Shown here: in pieces, positions 1 through 10,285 of the stretch
Position numbering within the stretch: the stretch's first letter is position 1
Layout: every line of letters begins with the position of its first letter
DNA from: an uncultured Bacteroides sp.
GTDB lineage: Bacteria; Bacteroidota; Bacteroidia; Bacteroidales; Bacteroidaceae
Reading direction: 5' to 3'
Assembly (NCBI GenBank): GCA_905203765.1
Contig: CAJKXC010000001.1
Coordinates: 13,916 to 77,915, forward strand
DNA length: 64,000 bases
The notes under the pieces: generated by a model
Database searches by the model: none
What the model was told of the DNA's origin: nothing
The model's input: only the letters and a program-made list of their open reading frames with translations
Translations under genes and position numbers: made by a program

Positions 1-1701
1 CAGAACGGCGTAGCCGCTTGCGTGAAGCACTTCGCACTGAACAACCATGAGGTAAACCGCCACAATACCAATGTAATAGTAGATGACCGCGCCCTCTACG
101 AAATCTACCTGCCCGCCTTCAAGGCTGCTGTGCAGCAGGGTAAGGCATGGGCGATTATGGGCGCTTACAACCTCTATAAAGGTCAGCACGCCTGCCACAA
201 CCAGTATCTGCTGAACGACATCCTGAAAGGCGAATGGGGTTTTGACGGCGTGGTAGTTTCCGACTGGGGTGGCGTACACGACACCGACCAGGCTATCACC
301 AACGGAATGGACATGGAATTCGGTAGCTGGACCAACGGACTCTCTGCCGGTACCAGCAATGCATACGATAATTATTACCTCGCCCTGCCCTACCTGCAAC
401 GTATTCAGGAAGGCAAAGTAGGCACTAAGGAACTGGACGACAAAGTACGCCGCATCCTGCGCCTCGCCTTCCGCACAACGATGGACACGAAGCGTCCCTT
501 CGGCGCCCTGCTGTCCGAAGCACATTACGAGGCTGCCCGCCGCATCGGCGAAGAAGGTATCGTGCTGTTGCAGAACAAGAACAACGTGCTGCCGATAGAC
601 CTGAACAACGCCAAGAAGATTGCCGTAGTAGGCGAAAACGCCATCAAGATGATGACCGTAGGCGGTGGCAGCTCTTCCCTGAAAGTGCAACGCGAACTTT
701 CTCCGCTGGACGGCATCAAGCAACGTGTAGCAGGCAAGGCTGAAGTAGTTTATGCTCGTGGCTACGTGGGCGACGCCACCGGCGAGTACAACGGCGTAGT
801 AACCGGTCAGAACCTGAAAGACGACCGCAGCCCCGAAGAACTGATAGCCGAAGCCGTGAAAGTGGCTTCCGACGCCGATTACGTTATCTTTATCGGTGGC
901 TTGAACAAAAGCGACGGACAGGACTGCGAGGACGCCGACCGCAAAGGCATCGAACTGTCTTACGGACAGGATGCCGTAATCTCCGCACTGGCTAAAGCAA
1001 ACAAGAACCTGATTGTGGTAAATATCTCCGGCAATGCCATCGCCATGCCCTGGGTAAACGAAGTTCCCGCCATTGTGCAGGACTGGTATCTGGGTTCGGA
1101 AGCAGGCAGTGCCCTTGCCGCCATTCTGATGGGCGACGTTAACCCCAGCGGTAAGTTGCCGTTCACCTTCCCCGTGAAGCTGGAAGATGTTCCGGCGCAC
1201 ATCCTGGGTGAATATACCGGCGAGAGAAGCAGAGAGATTATAGACATCAAGTACAACGAAGGTATCTTCGTAGGCTACCGCTGGGCGGACAAGCAGAAGA
1301 AGGTGAAGCCGTTGTTCCCCTTCGGCCACGGACTGAGCTATACCACCTTTGAATACGGCAAACCGGCTGCCGACAGCAAGACCATGTCTGCCGACGGAAC
1401 CCTGACCGTGAAAGTAAATGTGAAGAATACCGGTGCCCGCGAAGGCCAGGAAGTCGTTCAGTTGTATATCAGCGACAAGAAGTCTTCCCTGCCCCGCCCT
1501 ATCAAGGAGTTGAAAGGTTTCCAGAAGATAAAACTCGCTCCGGGCGAAGCAAAGGAAGTAACCTTCACCATTGACAAAGAAGCCCTGAGCTTCTTCGACG
1601 ACGCCCAGCATGCATGGGTAGCCGAACCGGGCAAGTTCGAAGCCATCATTGCCGCTTCTTCTGCCGACATCAAGGGAATTGTTCCTTTTGAATTGAAATA
1701 A
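1..1701 (+). CDS. GH3 beta-glucosidase/xylosidase, 5'-truncated by the window edge
   Basis: Frame is open from base 1. KHFALN, VVVSDWGG (nucleophile Asp), GIVLLQN, NPSGKLPFTFP, PFGHGLSYT and a C-terminal Fn3-like EVVQLY...KELKGFQK. Confidence 0.95.
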   Translation, partial: QNGVAACVKHFALNNHEVNRHNTNVIVDDRALYEIYLPAFKAAVQQGKAWAIMGAYNLYKGQHACHNQYLLNDILKGEWGFDGVVVSDWGGVHDTDQAITNGMDMEFGSWTNGLSAGTSNAYDNYYLALPYLQRIQEGKVGTKELDDKVRRILRLAFRTTMDTKRPFGALLSEAHYEAARRIGEEGIVLLQNKNNVLPIDLNNAKKIAVVGENAIKMMTVGGGSSSLKVQRELSPLDGIKQRVAGKAEVVYARGYVGDATGEYNGVVTGQNLKDDRSPEELIAEAVKVASDADYVIFIGGLNKSDGQDCEDADRKGIELSYGQDAVISALAKANKNLIVVNISGNAIAMPWVNEVPAIVQDWYLGSEAGSALAAILMGDVNPSGKLPFTFPVKLEDVPAHILGEYTGERSREIIDIKYNEGIFVGYRWADKQKKVKPLFPFGHGLSYTTFEYGKPAADSKTMSADGTLTVKVNVKNTGAREGQEVVQLYISDKKSSLPRPIKELKGFQKIKLAPGEAKEVTFTIDKEALSFFDDAQHAWVAEPGKFEAIIAASSADIKGIVPFELK

Positions 1702-1747
1702 ATATCGACGATAGGTTTTTTAGTTATTATCAAAGATTGTGTAAAAG

Positions 1748-1779
1748 AGAAGGGCGCGACCGTGAGGTTACGCCCTTCT
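1748..1779. terminator. Probable bidirectional intrinsic terminator
   Basis: AGAAGGGCG...CGCCCTTCT stem between the convergent GH3 and SDR genes. Confidence 0.7.
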
Positions 1780-1819
1780 TGCATCAGGTACTTGTACTTA
1801 TAGTTTGTGCTGAATTATT

Positions 1820-2635
<816 letters not shown>

Positions 2636-2665
2636 AATGTCTTATATTGAGATTAATATATTCTT

Positions 2666-2784
2666 GAGGAGTTAAGGAGTTAAGAAGTTAAGGAGTTAAG
2701 CCAATACTCTTTTTATGATTTCCGCAATCTATATAGGAAGCTATCGGCTTAACTTCTTAACTCCTATAATTCCTTCAACTCCTC
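2666..2784. repeat. Inverted-repeat element built from 8-bp GGAGTTAA units
   Basis: Left arm GAGGAGTTAAGGAGTTAAGAAGTTAAGGAGTTAAGCCAATA; right arm TATCGGCTTAACTTCTTAACTCCTATAATTCCTTCAACTCCT is its imperfect reverse complement and contains the uxuA stop codon. Confidence 0.85.
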
Positions 2785-3939
2785 TTTCACTACCGCCATC
2801 ATGCCGTCCACCTGTGCCAGTGCCAGCATACGGCCGTGGAAGGAGTAACCGGGGTTGTATCCCTTGTCTTCGTCGCCCAGCATCATACGGCCGTGGTCTA
2901 CACGCATGGGCAGTCCCGGGTTTTCTTTCTCGAAGATGCGTATCAGGTCGATGAGGTGTCCGCGTCCTTGCAGATGGGAACTTTCTATGAAGTTGCCGCC
3001 GGGCATGGCTGCTGTGCTGCGCAGGTGTACGAAATGGGTGCGACGGGCAAACTTCTTCGCCAGCTCGCGGGTATCGTTGTGCTCGCCGGCACTGAGAGAA
3101 CCGGCACAGAAGGTCAGTCCGTTGTGCGGATTGTCCACTGCATTCAGGAACCAGGCGATATCCGCCTCATCGGTCACGATACGGGGCAGGCCCAATACCT
3201 GGAAGGGGGGATCGTCGGGATGCACGCACATATTCACGCCGTATTCCTCGCATACGGGCATGATGGCGGCAAGGAAGTAGCGCATATTCTCGCGCAGGGC
3301 ATCGCGGTCGATGTCTTTATACAGTGCCAGCAGGCTCTTGAACTTGTTTACCGGTTCTTTGTCTCCTTCCGTGATGTTACCGTTGACAAAGCCTTGTGTC
3401 TTTACGATGATGGCATCTACAAGGTCGTGCTTCTCGGCTTCGGTAATCGTCTTGTCCAGTTCGGCTACCTTTGCCAGTTCTTCGGGGGAGTAGTCTTTCT
3501 CGGCTCCCTCGCGTTGCAGGATGCGAAGGTCGAAGTAAGCAAAGCGGATACGGTCGAAGTAGAGCGACGAAGTGCCGTCCGCCCAGGGGTGCTGCAAGTC
3601 GGTACGTATCCAGTCGATAACCGGCATGAAGTTGTAGCAGATGGTTTTCACACCGCACTTGCCCAGGTTGGCAAGGCTTTGTTTGTAGTTCTCTATCAAC
3701 TGGTCGCGCTCCGGCCCGGCATATTTGATGGCCTCGCACACGGGCAGGCTCTCTACTACCGACCAGCGCAGGCCGTACGATTCAATGTACTGCTTCAGGT
3801 CACTGATAGCCTCTACCGTCCACACTTCGCCATTGGGCACGTCGTGCAGGGCAGTGACGATGCCTTCGACTCCTATCTGCCGGAGCATATCCAGCGTTAT
3901 TTTATCCTTCTTACCGAACCAACGCCAAGTCTTTTCCAT
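2764..3939 (-). CDS. uxuA: Mannonate dehydratase
   Basis: MEKTWRWFG start, WSVVESLPV, CYNFMPVIDWIRTDL, HPDDPP, GLPRIV, MRVDHG, PGYSFHGR. Confidence 0.96.
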   Translation of the reverse strand: MEKTWRWFGKKDKITLDMLRQIGVEGIVTALHDVPNGEVWTVEAISDLKQYIESYGLRWSVVESLPVCEAIKYAGPERDQLIENYKQSLANLGKCGVKTICYNFMPVIDWIRTDLQHPWADGTSSLYFDRIRFAYFDLRILQREGAEKDYSPEELAKVAELDKTITEAEKHDLVDAIIVKTQGFVNGNITEGDKEPVNKFKSLLALYKDIDRDALRENMRYFLAAIMPVCEEYGVNMCVHPDDPPFQVLGLPRIVTDEADIAWFLNAVDNPHNGLTFCAGSLSAGEHNDTRELAKKFARRTHFVHLRSTAAMPGGNFIESSHLQGRGHLIDLIRIFEKENPGLPMRVDHGRMMLGDEDKGYNPGYSFHGRMLALAQVDGMMAVVKEELKEL

Positions 3940-3981
3940 ACTGTTCTGATATTTTGTTTGTTATTTATTGAGTTGCGGATA

Positions 3982-4085
3982 CAAAGTTACGCATTAGAAT
4001 CATTGCCGTGTATGTGTATTTTTGCAAAAGATATGCGGATTCTTGCGTATAATCGTACGTTTTACGTTTTCTTTGGCTACATTTG
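3982..4085. promoter_or_regulatory. Divergent uxuA/araC promoters with a putative AraC direct-repeat operator
   Basis: TAACTTTG on minus (3982-3989), TACATTTG on plus (4078-4085). TATGTGTATTTTTGC (4011) and TATGCGGATTCTTGC (4032) are 21 bp apart. Confidence 0.65.
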
Positions 4086-4111
4086 CATTACGAACTGAAT
4101 ATTAGGAACCT

Positions 4112-4987
4112 ATGCGGCAAATCATAAACGAGAAGTTACCGATATCGGAAGCCAATCCGATCAAGGCACGTCATTACGACTATGAATGCTTCACCTATCC
4201 GTGGCACTTTCATAGCCAGTACGAGATTATCTATATGAAGGAAGGTTTCGGACGTTGCTTTGTAGGCGATTGCATCGAAGAATTCCATGCGGGCGACCTG
4301 ATTCTGTTCGGAACAAACCTGCCCCATTATATGCGGAGCGACGACGTGTTTTGCAACGGGCAGCACGAACTGCGCACGCGGGGCACCATCATCCAGTTCG
4401 AACAGAACTTTATGGAATACTCCATCGAACATTACCCGCAGTTCCACCAGATAAGAACCTTGCTGGAAGAGGCGGAACGGGGTATCCGCTTTCCCAGGCA
4501 GGACGATGCCAAACTGGCTGAAGCTGCATACGGTTTTCCGGCACTGAAGGGTTTCAACCAGATTGCCCAACTGCTGGATTTATTGCAGGAAATGGCAAAT
4601 ACGCCTTCAAGAAAGGTATTGGCAAGCCCGCATTATAGCGAGAAGTTTCCCGCCATGGGAGACAAGAGGATTGACAAAATCATCTCCTTTATCAACAGTA
4701 ACTATACCCGTAAGATCCGGCTGGACGAGATTGCAGAAAAGGCAAACATGAACTCCACCGCCTTCTGCCGCTACTTTAAGGAGAACACCGGGAAAACGCT
4801 GCTGCAATATGTGATGGATATGCGCGTGGGATATGCCTGCAAGTTGTTGGCGGTGGGGAATATGGATATCTCGCAGATTGCCCTGGAATGCGGCTTCGAC
4901 TCCATTACCCACTTCAACCGCACCTTCAAGCAATGGACGCAACTTACCCCTACCCAGTACCGGAACAATGTCCTGAAGTGGCTCTAA
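4112..4987 (+). CDS. AraC-family transcriptional regulator with cupin N-domain, probable regulator of the uxuA operon
   Basis: WHFHSQYEI cupin motif; C-terminal double HTH ending IALECGFDSITHFNRTFK...TPTQYR; divergent from uxuA. Confidence 0.92.
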   Translation: MRQIINEKLPISEANPIKARHYDYECFTYPWHFHSQYEIIYMKEGFGRCFVGDCIEEFHAGDLILFGTNLPHYMRSDDVFCNGQHELRTRGTIIQFEQNFMEYSIEHYPQFHQIRTLLEEAERGIRFPRQDDAKLAEAAYGFPALKGFNQIAQLLDLLQEMANTPSRKVLASPHYSEKFPAMGDKRIDKIISFINSNYTRKIRLDEIAEKANMNSTAFCRYFKENTGKTLLQYVMDMRVGYACKLLAVGNMDISQIALECGFDSITHFNRTFKQWTQLTPTQYRNNVLKWL

Positions 4988-5625
4988 GTCCGGCTAACGC
5001 TTCGCTGCAATACCAGCAGGCTCTCCGGCCCCATATTGAACAGCAAATCTATGATACTGAGATTGGGCAGAAAGCCAAGTCTTTCCTGGAAAACCTGGTA
5101 GTAAGGTTGCGGCACGAACTCCGTATCTTCCTGGCGGAAGTCCTTCTTGGGATGGATACGTTCGCGGAAGTCCGCCTCATCCACAGTGAACTCGGTACGA
5201 TACCCGGCAGTACGCTCCATATCGGGCTGAATGTCTATCAGCGAACAGACGAGACGGCACAATTCTTCGTTGAAATCGACTAAAAACTCATACTTCTGCT
5301 CGTAGAAGGGGCGGAAGTCGTCCTTGTAGTATTCAAAGAAAGGGGTATGGTTATAGGCGGATTCGATGGCATTCCAGTGCAGATGCCGCCAGTTGCCGTG
5401 GTCGGAGATACGGATGTCGCGCATCGGGCATTTCAGGGAATCGGGCTTGACGGTGGGGATGGAAAGAGCCAGTTCGCCGTCCGGTGCGGCAATGGTGCAA
5501 CGGTTACGGTAGGTTTGCTTCATATAGTGGTCGTGTTGCTCGATGAACACTTTATCATAAGCCAATAGTTTCGTGTAATATTCTACGGGCGCCAGATAGG
5601 CGGAAGAAAGGAATGCTGTTTTCAT
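4984..5625 (-). CDS. WbqC-family protein
   Basis: KQTYRNRCTI, AYNHTPFFEYY and the C-terminal YYQVF...NLSIIDLLFNMGPE typical of WbqC-like proteins. Confidence 0.88.
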   Translation of the reverse strand: MKTAFLSSAYLAPVEYYTKLLAYDKVFIEQHDHYMKQTYRNRCTIAAPDGELALSIPTVKPDSLKCPMRDIRISDHGNWRHLHWNAIESAYNHTPFFEYYKDDFRPFYEQKYEFLVDFNEELCRLVCSLIDIQPDMERTAGYRTEFTVDEADFRERIHPKKDFRQEDTEFVPQPYYQVFQERLGFLPNLSIIDLLFNMGPESLLVLQRSVSRT

Positions 5626-5674
5626 TAGCTATACATATTATATACTTGTTCTTACCTGACCAACCTGCCTACCC

Positions 5675-6616
5675 TTACCTGACCAGCGTCCACATCCTGT
5701 CCCAGCGATAACCGCCGAAAGGCCCTGTGTCGGTCTCTTTGGAGAACCATATCACGGTTGCTTTACCGATGACATGGTCCTGAGGAACAAAACCGAAAAG
5801 ACGGGAATCGGAGAGGTTGATGGAGTTATTGGCACCCACCCAATAATAGTCCTTGGTAAAGTAACAGTGCTGAACGGGTTTTCCATCTACATAAAGGGTA
5901 TCGTTCTTGATTTCGGCCTGCTTATTCTCATGCAATACCAAAGTATTCCGCAACAATGTCCTGTTCCAGGGATAGACGCGTACGGCTTTCCCTTTGCGGG
6001 GAACAACCAACGGTTTCAACGCCTCTATGGAGTCTTCCTTGATAAGGGGCTCTATCCAACAATGTCCATTCATCGCCTGTTCCAGCAGATAGTATTCGTA
6101 ACGGCTGAAACTGCGTACATTCTTTGCAGAATCCTGCCCCAGTAACCTGTTAGAGTTGATGGAAAGGATAGAAAGCAAGGAATCCATCTGGCTCTCCTTC
6201 TGTTTGGAATAGGAATAGAGGAATTTCTGGTCGGGTGCATTTTTCTCGGAAGGGACGACGGAGAAAAGCGAGTCTATCAATAAGGTGTCTCCCGGAGTGC
6301 CGATACAACGGCTGATAAAAACTTCCCGCCGGTCAATGGTCGGTTCCGATAGATTGGCAGGGTTATTGAATACCAGGATATCGTCTTTCCGCACAGGGCT
6401 GTCCGCCCAACGGTGATATCCCCATAGCTTCATAAAGGGCAAGCGCAACCCATAGCTCCATTTGTTTACAAGGATGCGCTCACCACGGTATAGCGAATTC
6501 TCCATGCCGGAAGAGGGAATGAGATAGGTAGTCGCAACGCAACCTCGAAGCAATACTACAGCCAGTATTACTCCGCCTATTGCACTTGCTGTCTTCCACC
6601 TTCTCTTCATTCTCAA
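5675..6616 (-). CDS. Signal peptidase I-like (S26) protein lacking the Ser/Lys catalytic dyad
   Basis: N-terminal TM segment; S26 boxes recognisable (IPSSGMENSL, GERILVNK, FISRCIGTPGD, DSRLFGFVP) but catalytic Ser is Gly and catalytic Lys is Ser. Start may be 6610. Confidence 0.88.
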   Translation of the reverse strand: MRMKRRWKTASAIGGVILAVVLLRGCVATTYLIPSSGMENSLYRGERILVNKWSYGLRLPFMKLWGYHRWADSPVRKDDILVFNNPANLSEPTIDRREVFISRCIGTPGDTLLIDSLFSVVPSEKNAPDQKFLYSYSKQKESQMDSLLSILSINSNRLLGQDSAKNVRSFSRYEYYLLEQAMNGHCWIEPLIKEDSIEALKPLVVPRKGKAVRVYPWNRTLLRNTLVLHENKQAEIKNDTLYVDGKPVQHCYFTKDYYWVGANNSINLSDSRLFGFVPQDHVIGKATVIWFSKETDTGPFGGYRWDRMWTLVR

Positions 6617-6634
6617 TTATCAATTGTCAATTGC
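6611..6634. repeat. Three 7-bp TCAATT(A/G) units at the lepB stop codon
   Basis: TCAATTA TCAATTG TCAATTG; same heptamer family as 18174-18254. Confidence 0.6.
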
Positions 6635-8117
6635 TATGAACCCACTTGAATATACGGTTCCAGCGAATCTTGCCGTCGAACCAGCCACGGTCTTTATCCA
6701 GTGACAACCATACTACAATAGGCTTGCCTACCACATGGTCTTCGGGCACAAAGCCCCAATAGCGCGAGTCGGCAGAGTTGTCGCGGTTATCACCCATCAT
6801 CCAGTAATAGTCCATCTTAAAGGTATAAGAGTCGGTCTTTTCGCCGTTGATGTAGATGCCATCGGGTTTCTGTTCCAACTTGTTTCCTTCGTATGCCACG
6901 ATACAACGTTCGTAGATGGGCAGATTGTCCGGCGTTAACCGAATGGTAGCACCTTTGGCAGGAATCCAGATAGGGCCATAGTTGTTACGGTTCCACTTGG
7001 TATAAAGGTTCAGCGGATACATGGAGCCGGAGAACTCACCCGGTTCCACGACGATGCGGCTCACCAGTTTCTTGTTGCCGGAGAGCGTTTCGTACATCTT
7101 CTTGGTGAGCGGAAGATGATAGACCGGAGCCAGTCTGCCCTGGGCATCGCGGAGATCCAGTCCCATTTCGATAAGATTCTCTTCCCAGCCCAGACCGTCG
7201 GTCATCAGCGCCTGGTCATCTTTGCTGATACCCAGTTCGCGGAACATTTCTTCCGTGATGTACGGACCTGTGGTCTGCACAAAGTAGTTGAACTGCATTT
7301 CTTCCGGGTTCTCCAAAGCCTTGCCGTCGATGTAGACCTGCCCTTCTTTGATTTGCAGCGTATCGCCCGGCAAGCCGATGCAACGCTTCACATAGTTCTC
7401 GCGGCGGTCTACGGGACGTGTCACCACCTCACCGTACATCTTGGGATTGGAACGGATCAGGCTGCGCCCGGCATTATAATACAGGTCGTAAACGGCGCGT
7501 TGCTGTTCACGGGTCAGGCTGTCCATGTTCACTTTATTGGGGTACATACGTCTGCCTTCATCGTAAGCAAGGGTATAAAAGTCCGTCTGCTGGAAGTTGG
7601 TAGCTACCGTATCACCGGCAGGGAAGTTGAACACCACGATATCATTCCGTTTCACCTTGCCGAAGCCCGGTACGCGCTTGTATTCCCATTGAGGCCATTC
7701 GATATACGATTTAGTGTTGAATATCGGCAACGTATGCTGTGCCAACGGCATGGAAAGCGGAGTATTCGGTACACGCGGGCCGTAACTCATCTTGCTGACG
7801 TAAAGGAAATCGCCTACCAACAGCGACTTTTCCAATGAGGAAGAAGGTATCTGGTAGTTCTGGAACACGTAGATATTCACGAAGTAGACCGCCACCAGCG
7901 CAAAGACAATGGCATCTACCCAACTCATGACGCTGCGTACAGCGGGATTCTCCGATTTCTTCCAGAACCCCCAGGGGATTTTCTTGCTGATATAGATATC
8001 GAAGATAAAGGGAACTACGATCAGCCCCCACCAACTTTTCACCCAGACAAGGAAAGCCAGGTAAAGCAGGGTAATGATGGCAAACTTAATCCATTGGGCA
8101 CGTGTTGCTTTTCTCAT
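6627..8117 (-). CDS. lepB: Signal peptidase I
   Basis: Intact IPSSSLEKSL (Ser), YVKRCIGLPGD (Lys) and GDNRDNSADSRYWGFVP boxes; N-terminal TM helices. Confidence 0.95.
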   Translation of the reverse strand: MRKATRAQWIKFAIITLLYLAFLVWVKSWWGLIVVPFIFDIYISKKIPWGFWKKSENPAVRSVMSWVDAIVFALVAVYFVNIYVFQNYQIPSSSLEKSLLVGDFLYVSKMSYGPRVPNTPLSMPLAQHTLPIFNTKSYIEWPQWEYKRVPGFGKVKRNDIVVFNFPAGDTVATNFQQTDFYTLAYDEGRRMYPNKVNMDSLTREQQRAVYDLYYNAGRSLIRSNPKMYGEVVTRPVDRRENYVKRCIGLPGDTLQIKEGQVYIDGKALENPEEMQFNYFVQTTGPYITEEMFRELGISKDDQALMTDGLGWEENLIEMGLDLRDAQGRLAPVYHLPLTKKMYETLSGNKKLVSRIVVEPGEFSGSMYPLNLYTKWNRNNYGPIWIPAKGATIRLTPDNLPIYERCIVAYEGNKLEQKPDGIYINGEKTDSYTFKMDYYWMMGDNRDNSADSRYWGFVPEDHVVGKPIVVWLSLDKDRGWFDGKIRWNRIFKWVHSN

Positions 8118-8152
8118 AATGCTATGTATTGTTTATTTATAGGGGATAGCTT

Positions 8153-8914
8153 TTATTTCAGGAACGGGAACAGATCTTCCATTCCCAACACTCCTTCATG
8201 CGAGGCTGTATATTCGGCAGCCAGCACAGCACCCAGCGCAAAACCTTTCCGGTTCTTGGCATCGTGGATGATGGAAATGCTGTCAGCCTCGGAGTCGTAG
8301 CGGATGCAGTGGATACCCGGCACTTCGCCTTCGCGGATGGAACTGATGGGCAGTTCGTTTGCCGCGCACTCATTGGAACCGGAGATGCTGCCGTCGGGTG
8401 CCTGGAAAGTTCCTTCCACCCACTTGTCCTTGCGGTCGATGTTTTGCAGGATGCCTTCGGCAAGGGTGATGGCTGTGCCGCTCGGTGCATCCAGTTTATG
8501 GATATGGTGCGTTTCGCTCATCGTCACATCATAAGCGGGAAACTGGTTCATAATCTTTGCGAGGTATTTATTGACCGCCGAGAAGATGGTCACTCCCAGA
8601 CTGAAGTTGGACGACCAAAATAAGGTTTTACCGCCTTCGGTACAAAGTTTCCTCACTTCGTCTCCATGCTCCGCCATCCAGCCTGTACTGCCCGATACAA
8701 GTTTCACACCGGCTTTGAAAGCTTTCATGTAATTGTTGTATGCAACCATGGGATTGGTAAACTCTATGGCAACATCGGCACTCTTGAAGGCAGCCGATTC
8801 AAAGTCTTCCTGGTTATCGACGTCGATGATGCTGACGATTTCGTGTCCGCGGTCGAGGGCAATCTTCTCTATTTCCTTGCCCATTTTGCCGTAACCGATT
8901 AATGCAATTTTCAT
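8153..8914 (-). CDS. dapB: 4-hydroxy-tetrahydrodipicolinate reductase
   Basis: IGYGKMG, ETHHIHKLDAPSGTA, RKGFALGA. Confidence 0.97.
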   Translation of the reverse strand: MKIALIGYGKMGKEIEKIALDRGHEIVSIIDVDNQEDFESAAFKSADVAIEFTNPMVAYNNYMKAFKAGVKLVSGSTGWMAEHGDEVRKLCTEGGKTLFWSSNFSLGVTIFSAVNKYLAKIMNQFPAYDVTMSETHHIHKLDAPSGTAITLAEGILQNIDRKDKWVEGTFQAPDGSISGSNECAANELPISSIREGEVPGIHCIRYDSEADSISIIHDAKNRKGFALGAVLAAEYTASHEGVLGMEDLFPFLK

Positions 8915-8958
8915 TGTTTCTATCTATTATATTCAGTTTATCAACAAACTATAGGTCG

Positions 8959-8984
8959 CAAAGATAAGATTTTTCTTACATTTG
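8959..8984. promoter_or_regulatory. Back-to-back Bacteroides -7 promoter elements
   Basis: TATCTTTG on minus (8959-8966, dapB operon) and TACATTTG on plus (8977-8984). Confidence 0.7.
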
Positions 8985-9001
8985 CGCCCAACATTAACGT
9001 C

Positions 9002-10285
9002 TTGTTAACAATGGAACAACTACTGCATTACGTTTGGAAGCATAAGATATTCCCATTACAGATGCTCCAAACCACTTCCGGACAACCGGTCGAAGTGATA
9101 GATCCCGGTTTGCCGAACACCAATGCAGGCCCCGACTTCTTTAACGCCAAGCTGAAAATAGACGGTACGCTCTGGGTGGGCAACGTCGAGATACATACGC
9201 AGGCATCGGACTGGCTGAGCCACGGACACGACCGCGACCGCGCTTACGATACGGTAATCCTGCACGTGGTGGAAGAATCGAATTGCGATGTCCACCGTAC
9301 CAATGGGGAACTCGTTCCCCAAATGGTGCTACCCTGCCCCGAAGCAGTCCGCCAACGTTACGATGAATTGCGGCAGACGGAGATTTATCCGCCCTGCTAT
9401 TCCATCCTCGGTTCCCTTCCCAAACTGACGGTTCATTCCTGGCTGTCCGCCCTGCAGGTGGAGCGCTTCGAACAGAAAGCACGCGCCATATCCCAACGCC
9501 TGGAACGTTGCAACAACCATTGGGAAGATGTCTTCTTCATCACCCTTGCCCGCAACTTCGGTTTCGGACTGAACGGCGATGCTTTCGAGGCATGGGCAAA
9601 CCGCTTGCCGTTTCGCGCGGTAGACAAGCACCGGGATAATCTCTTGCAGGTAGAAGCCTTCTTTCTGGGACAGGCAGGACTGCTACAAGAGAACCTGCCC
9701 GATGCCGATGAATACTACCTGAAATTACAAAAAGAGTTCAGTTACCTGCAACATAAGTTCGAGCTGCCCGCCCCGATGCCTGCCGAGCAGTGGCGATTTC
9801 TGCGCCTGCGCCCCGGCAACTTCCCGCATGTGCGCCTGGCGCAACTTGCCAACCTGTACCATAAGGAACAGTCCCTCTTCTCGCAAGTCATGGAAGCGGA
9901 AACGCCGGAAGCAGTAAAGAAGATACTTACCGCCAAGACTTCGGAGTATTGGGAAGAACATTTCAACTTCAGGAAGTCTTCGCCCCGGCAGGAGAAGCGG
10001 ACGGGAGACGGCGCTTTAAATCTGATTATCATCAATACGGTTGTCCCGTTTCTCTACGCTTACGGACTGCACAAAGCCGATGAAACGCTTTGCGACCGCG
10101 CCACCCGGTTCCTCGAATCGCTCAAAGCTGAGAACAATCACATCACCCGCCTGTGGGATGGCGCCGGACTGCCGGTCTATACAGCCGCCGATTCGCAAGC
10201 CTTGATTCAGCTTCAGAAGGAGTATTGCAATAAGAAGGATTGCCTGCGCTGCCGGTTCGGTTATGAGTACTTGAGGCATAAATAG
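9002..10285 (+). CDS. DUF2851-family protein
   Basis: EQLLHYVWK, AGPDFFNA, GNVEIH, RLRPGNFP and Cys-rich C-terminus YCNKKDCLRCRFG. ATG start probably 9011. Confidence 0.85.
   Translation: MLTMEQLLHYVWKHKIFPLQMLQTTSGQPVEVIDPGLPNTNAGPDFFNAKLKIDGTLWVGNVEIHTQASDWLSHGHDRDRAYDTVILHVVEESNCDVHRTNGELVPQMVLPCPEAVRQRYDELRQTEIYPPCYSILGSLPKLTVHSWLSALQVERFEQKARAISQRLERCNNHWEDVFFITLARNFGFGLNGDAFEAWANRLPFRAVDKHRDNLLQVEAFFLGQAGLLQENLPDADEYYLKLQKEFSYLQHKFELPAPMPAEQWRFLRLRPGNFPHVRLAQLANLYHKEQSLFSQVMEAETPEAVKKILTAKTSEYWEEHFNFRKSSPRQEKRTGDGALNLIIINTVVPFLYAYGLHKADETLCDRATRFLESLKAENNHITRLWDGAGLPVYTAADSQALIQLQKEYCNKKDCLRCRFGYEYLRHK

Noticed and set aside
5651..5684. CTTACCTGACC direct repeat at the pseudo-lepB/wbqC junction
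   Set aside because: Two 11-bp copies only; a local duplication with no further structure.
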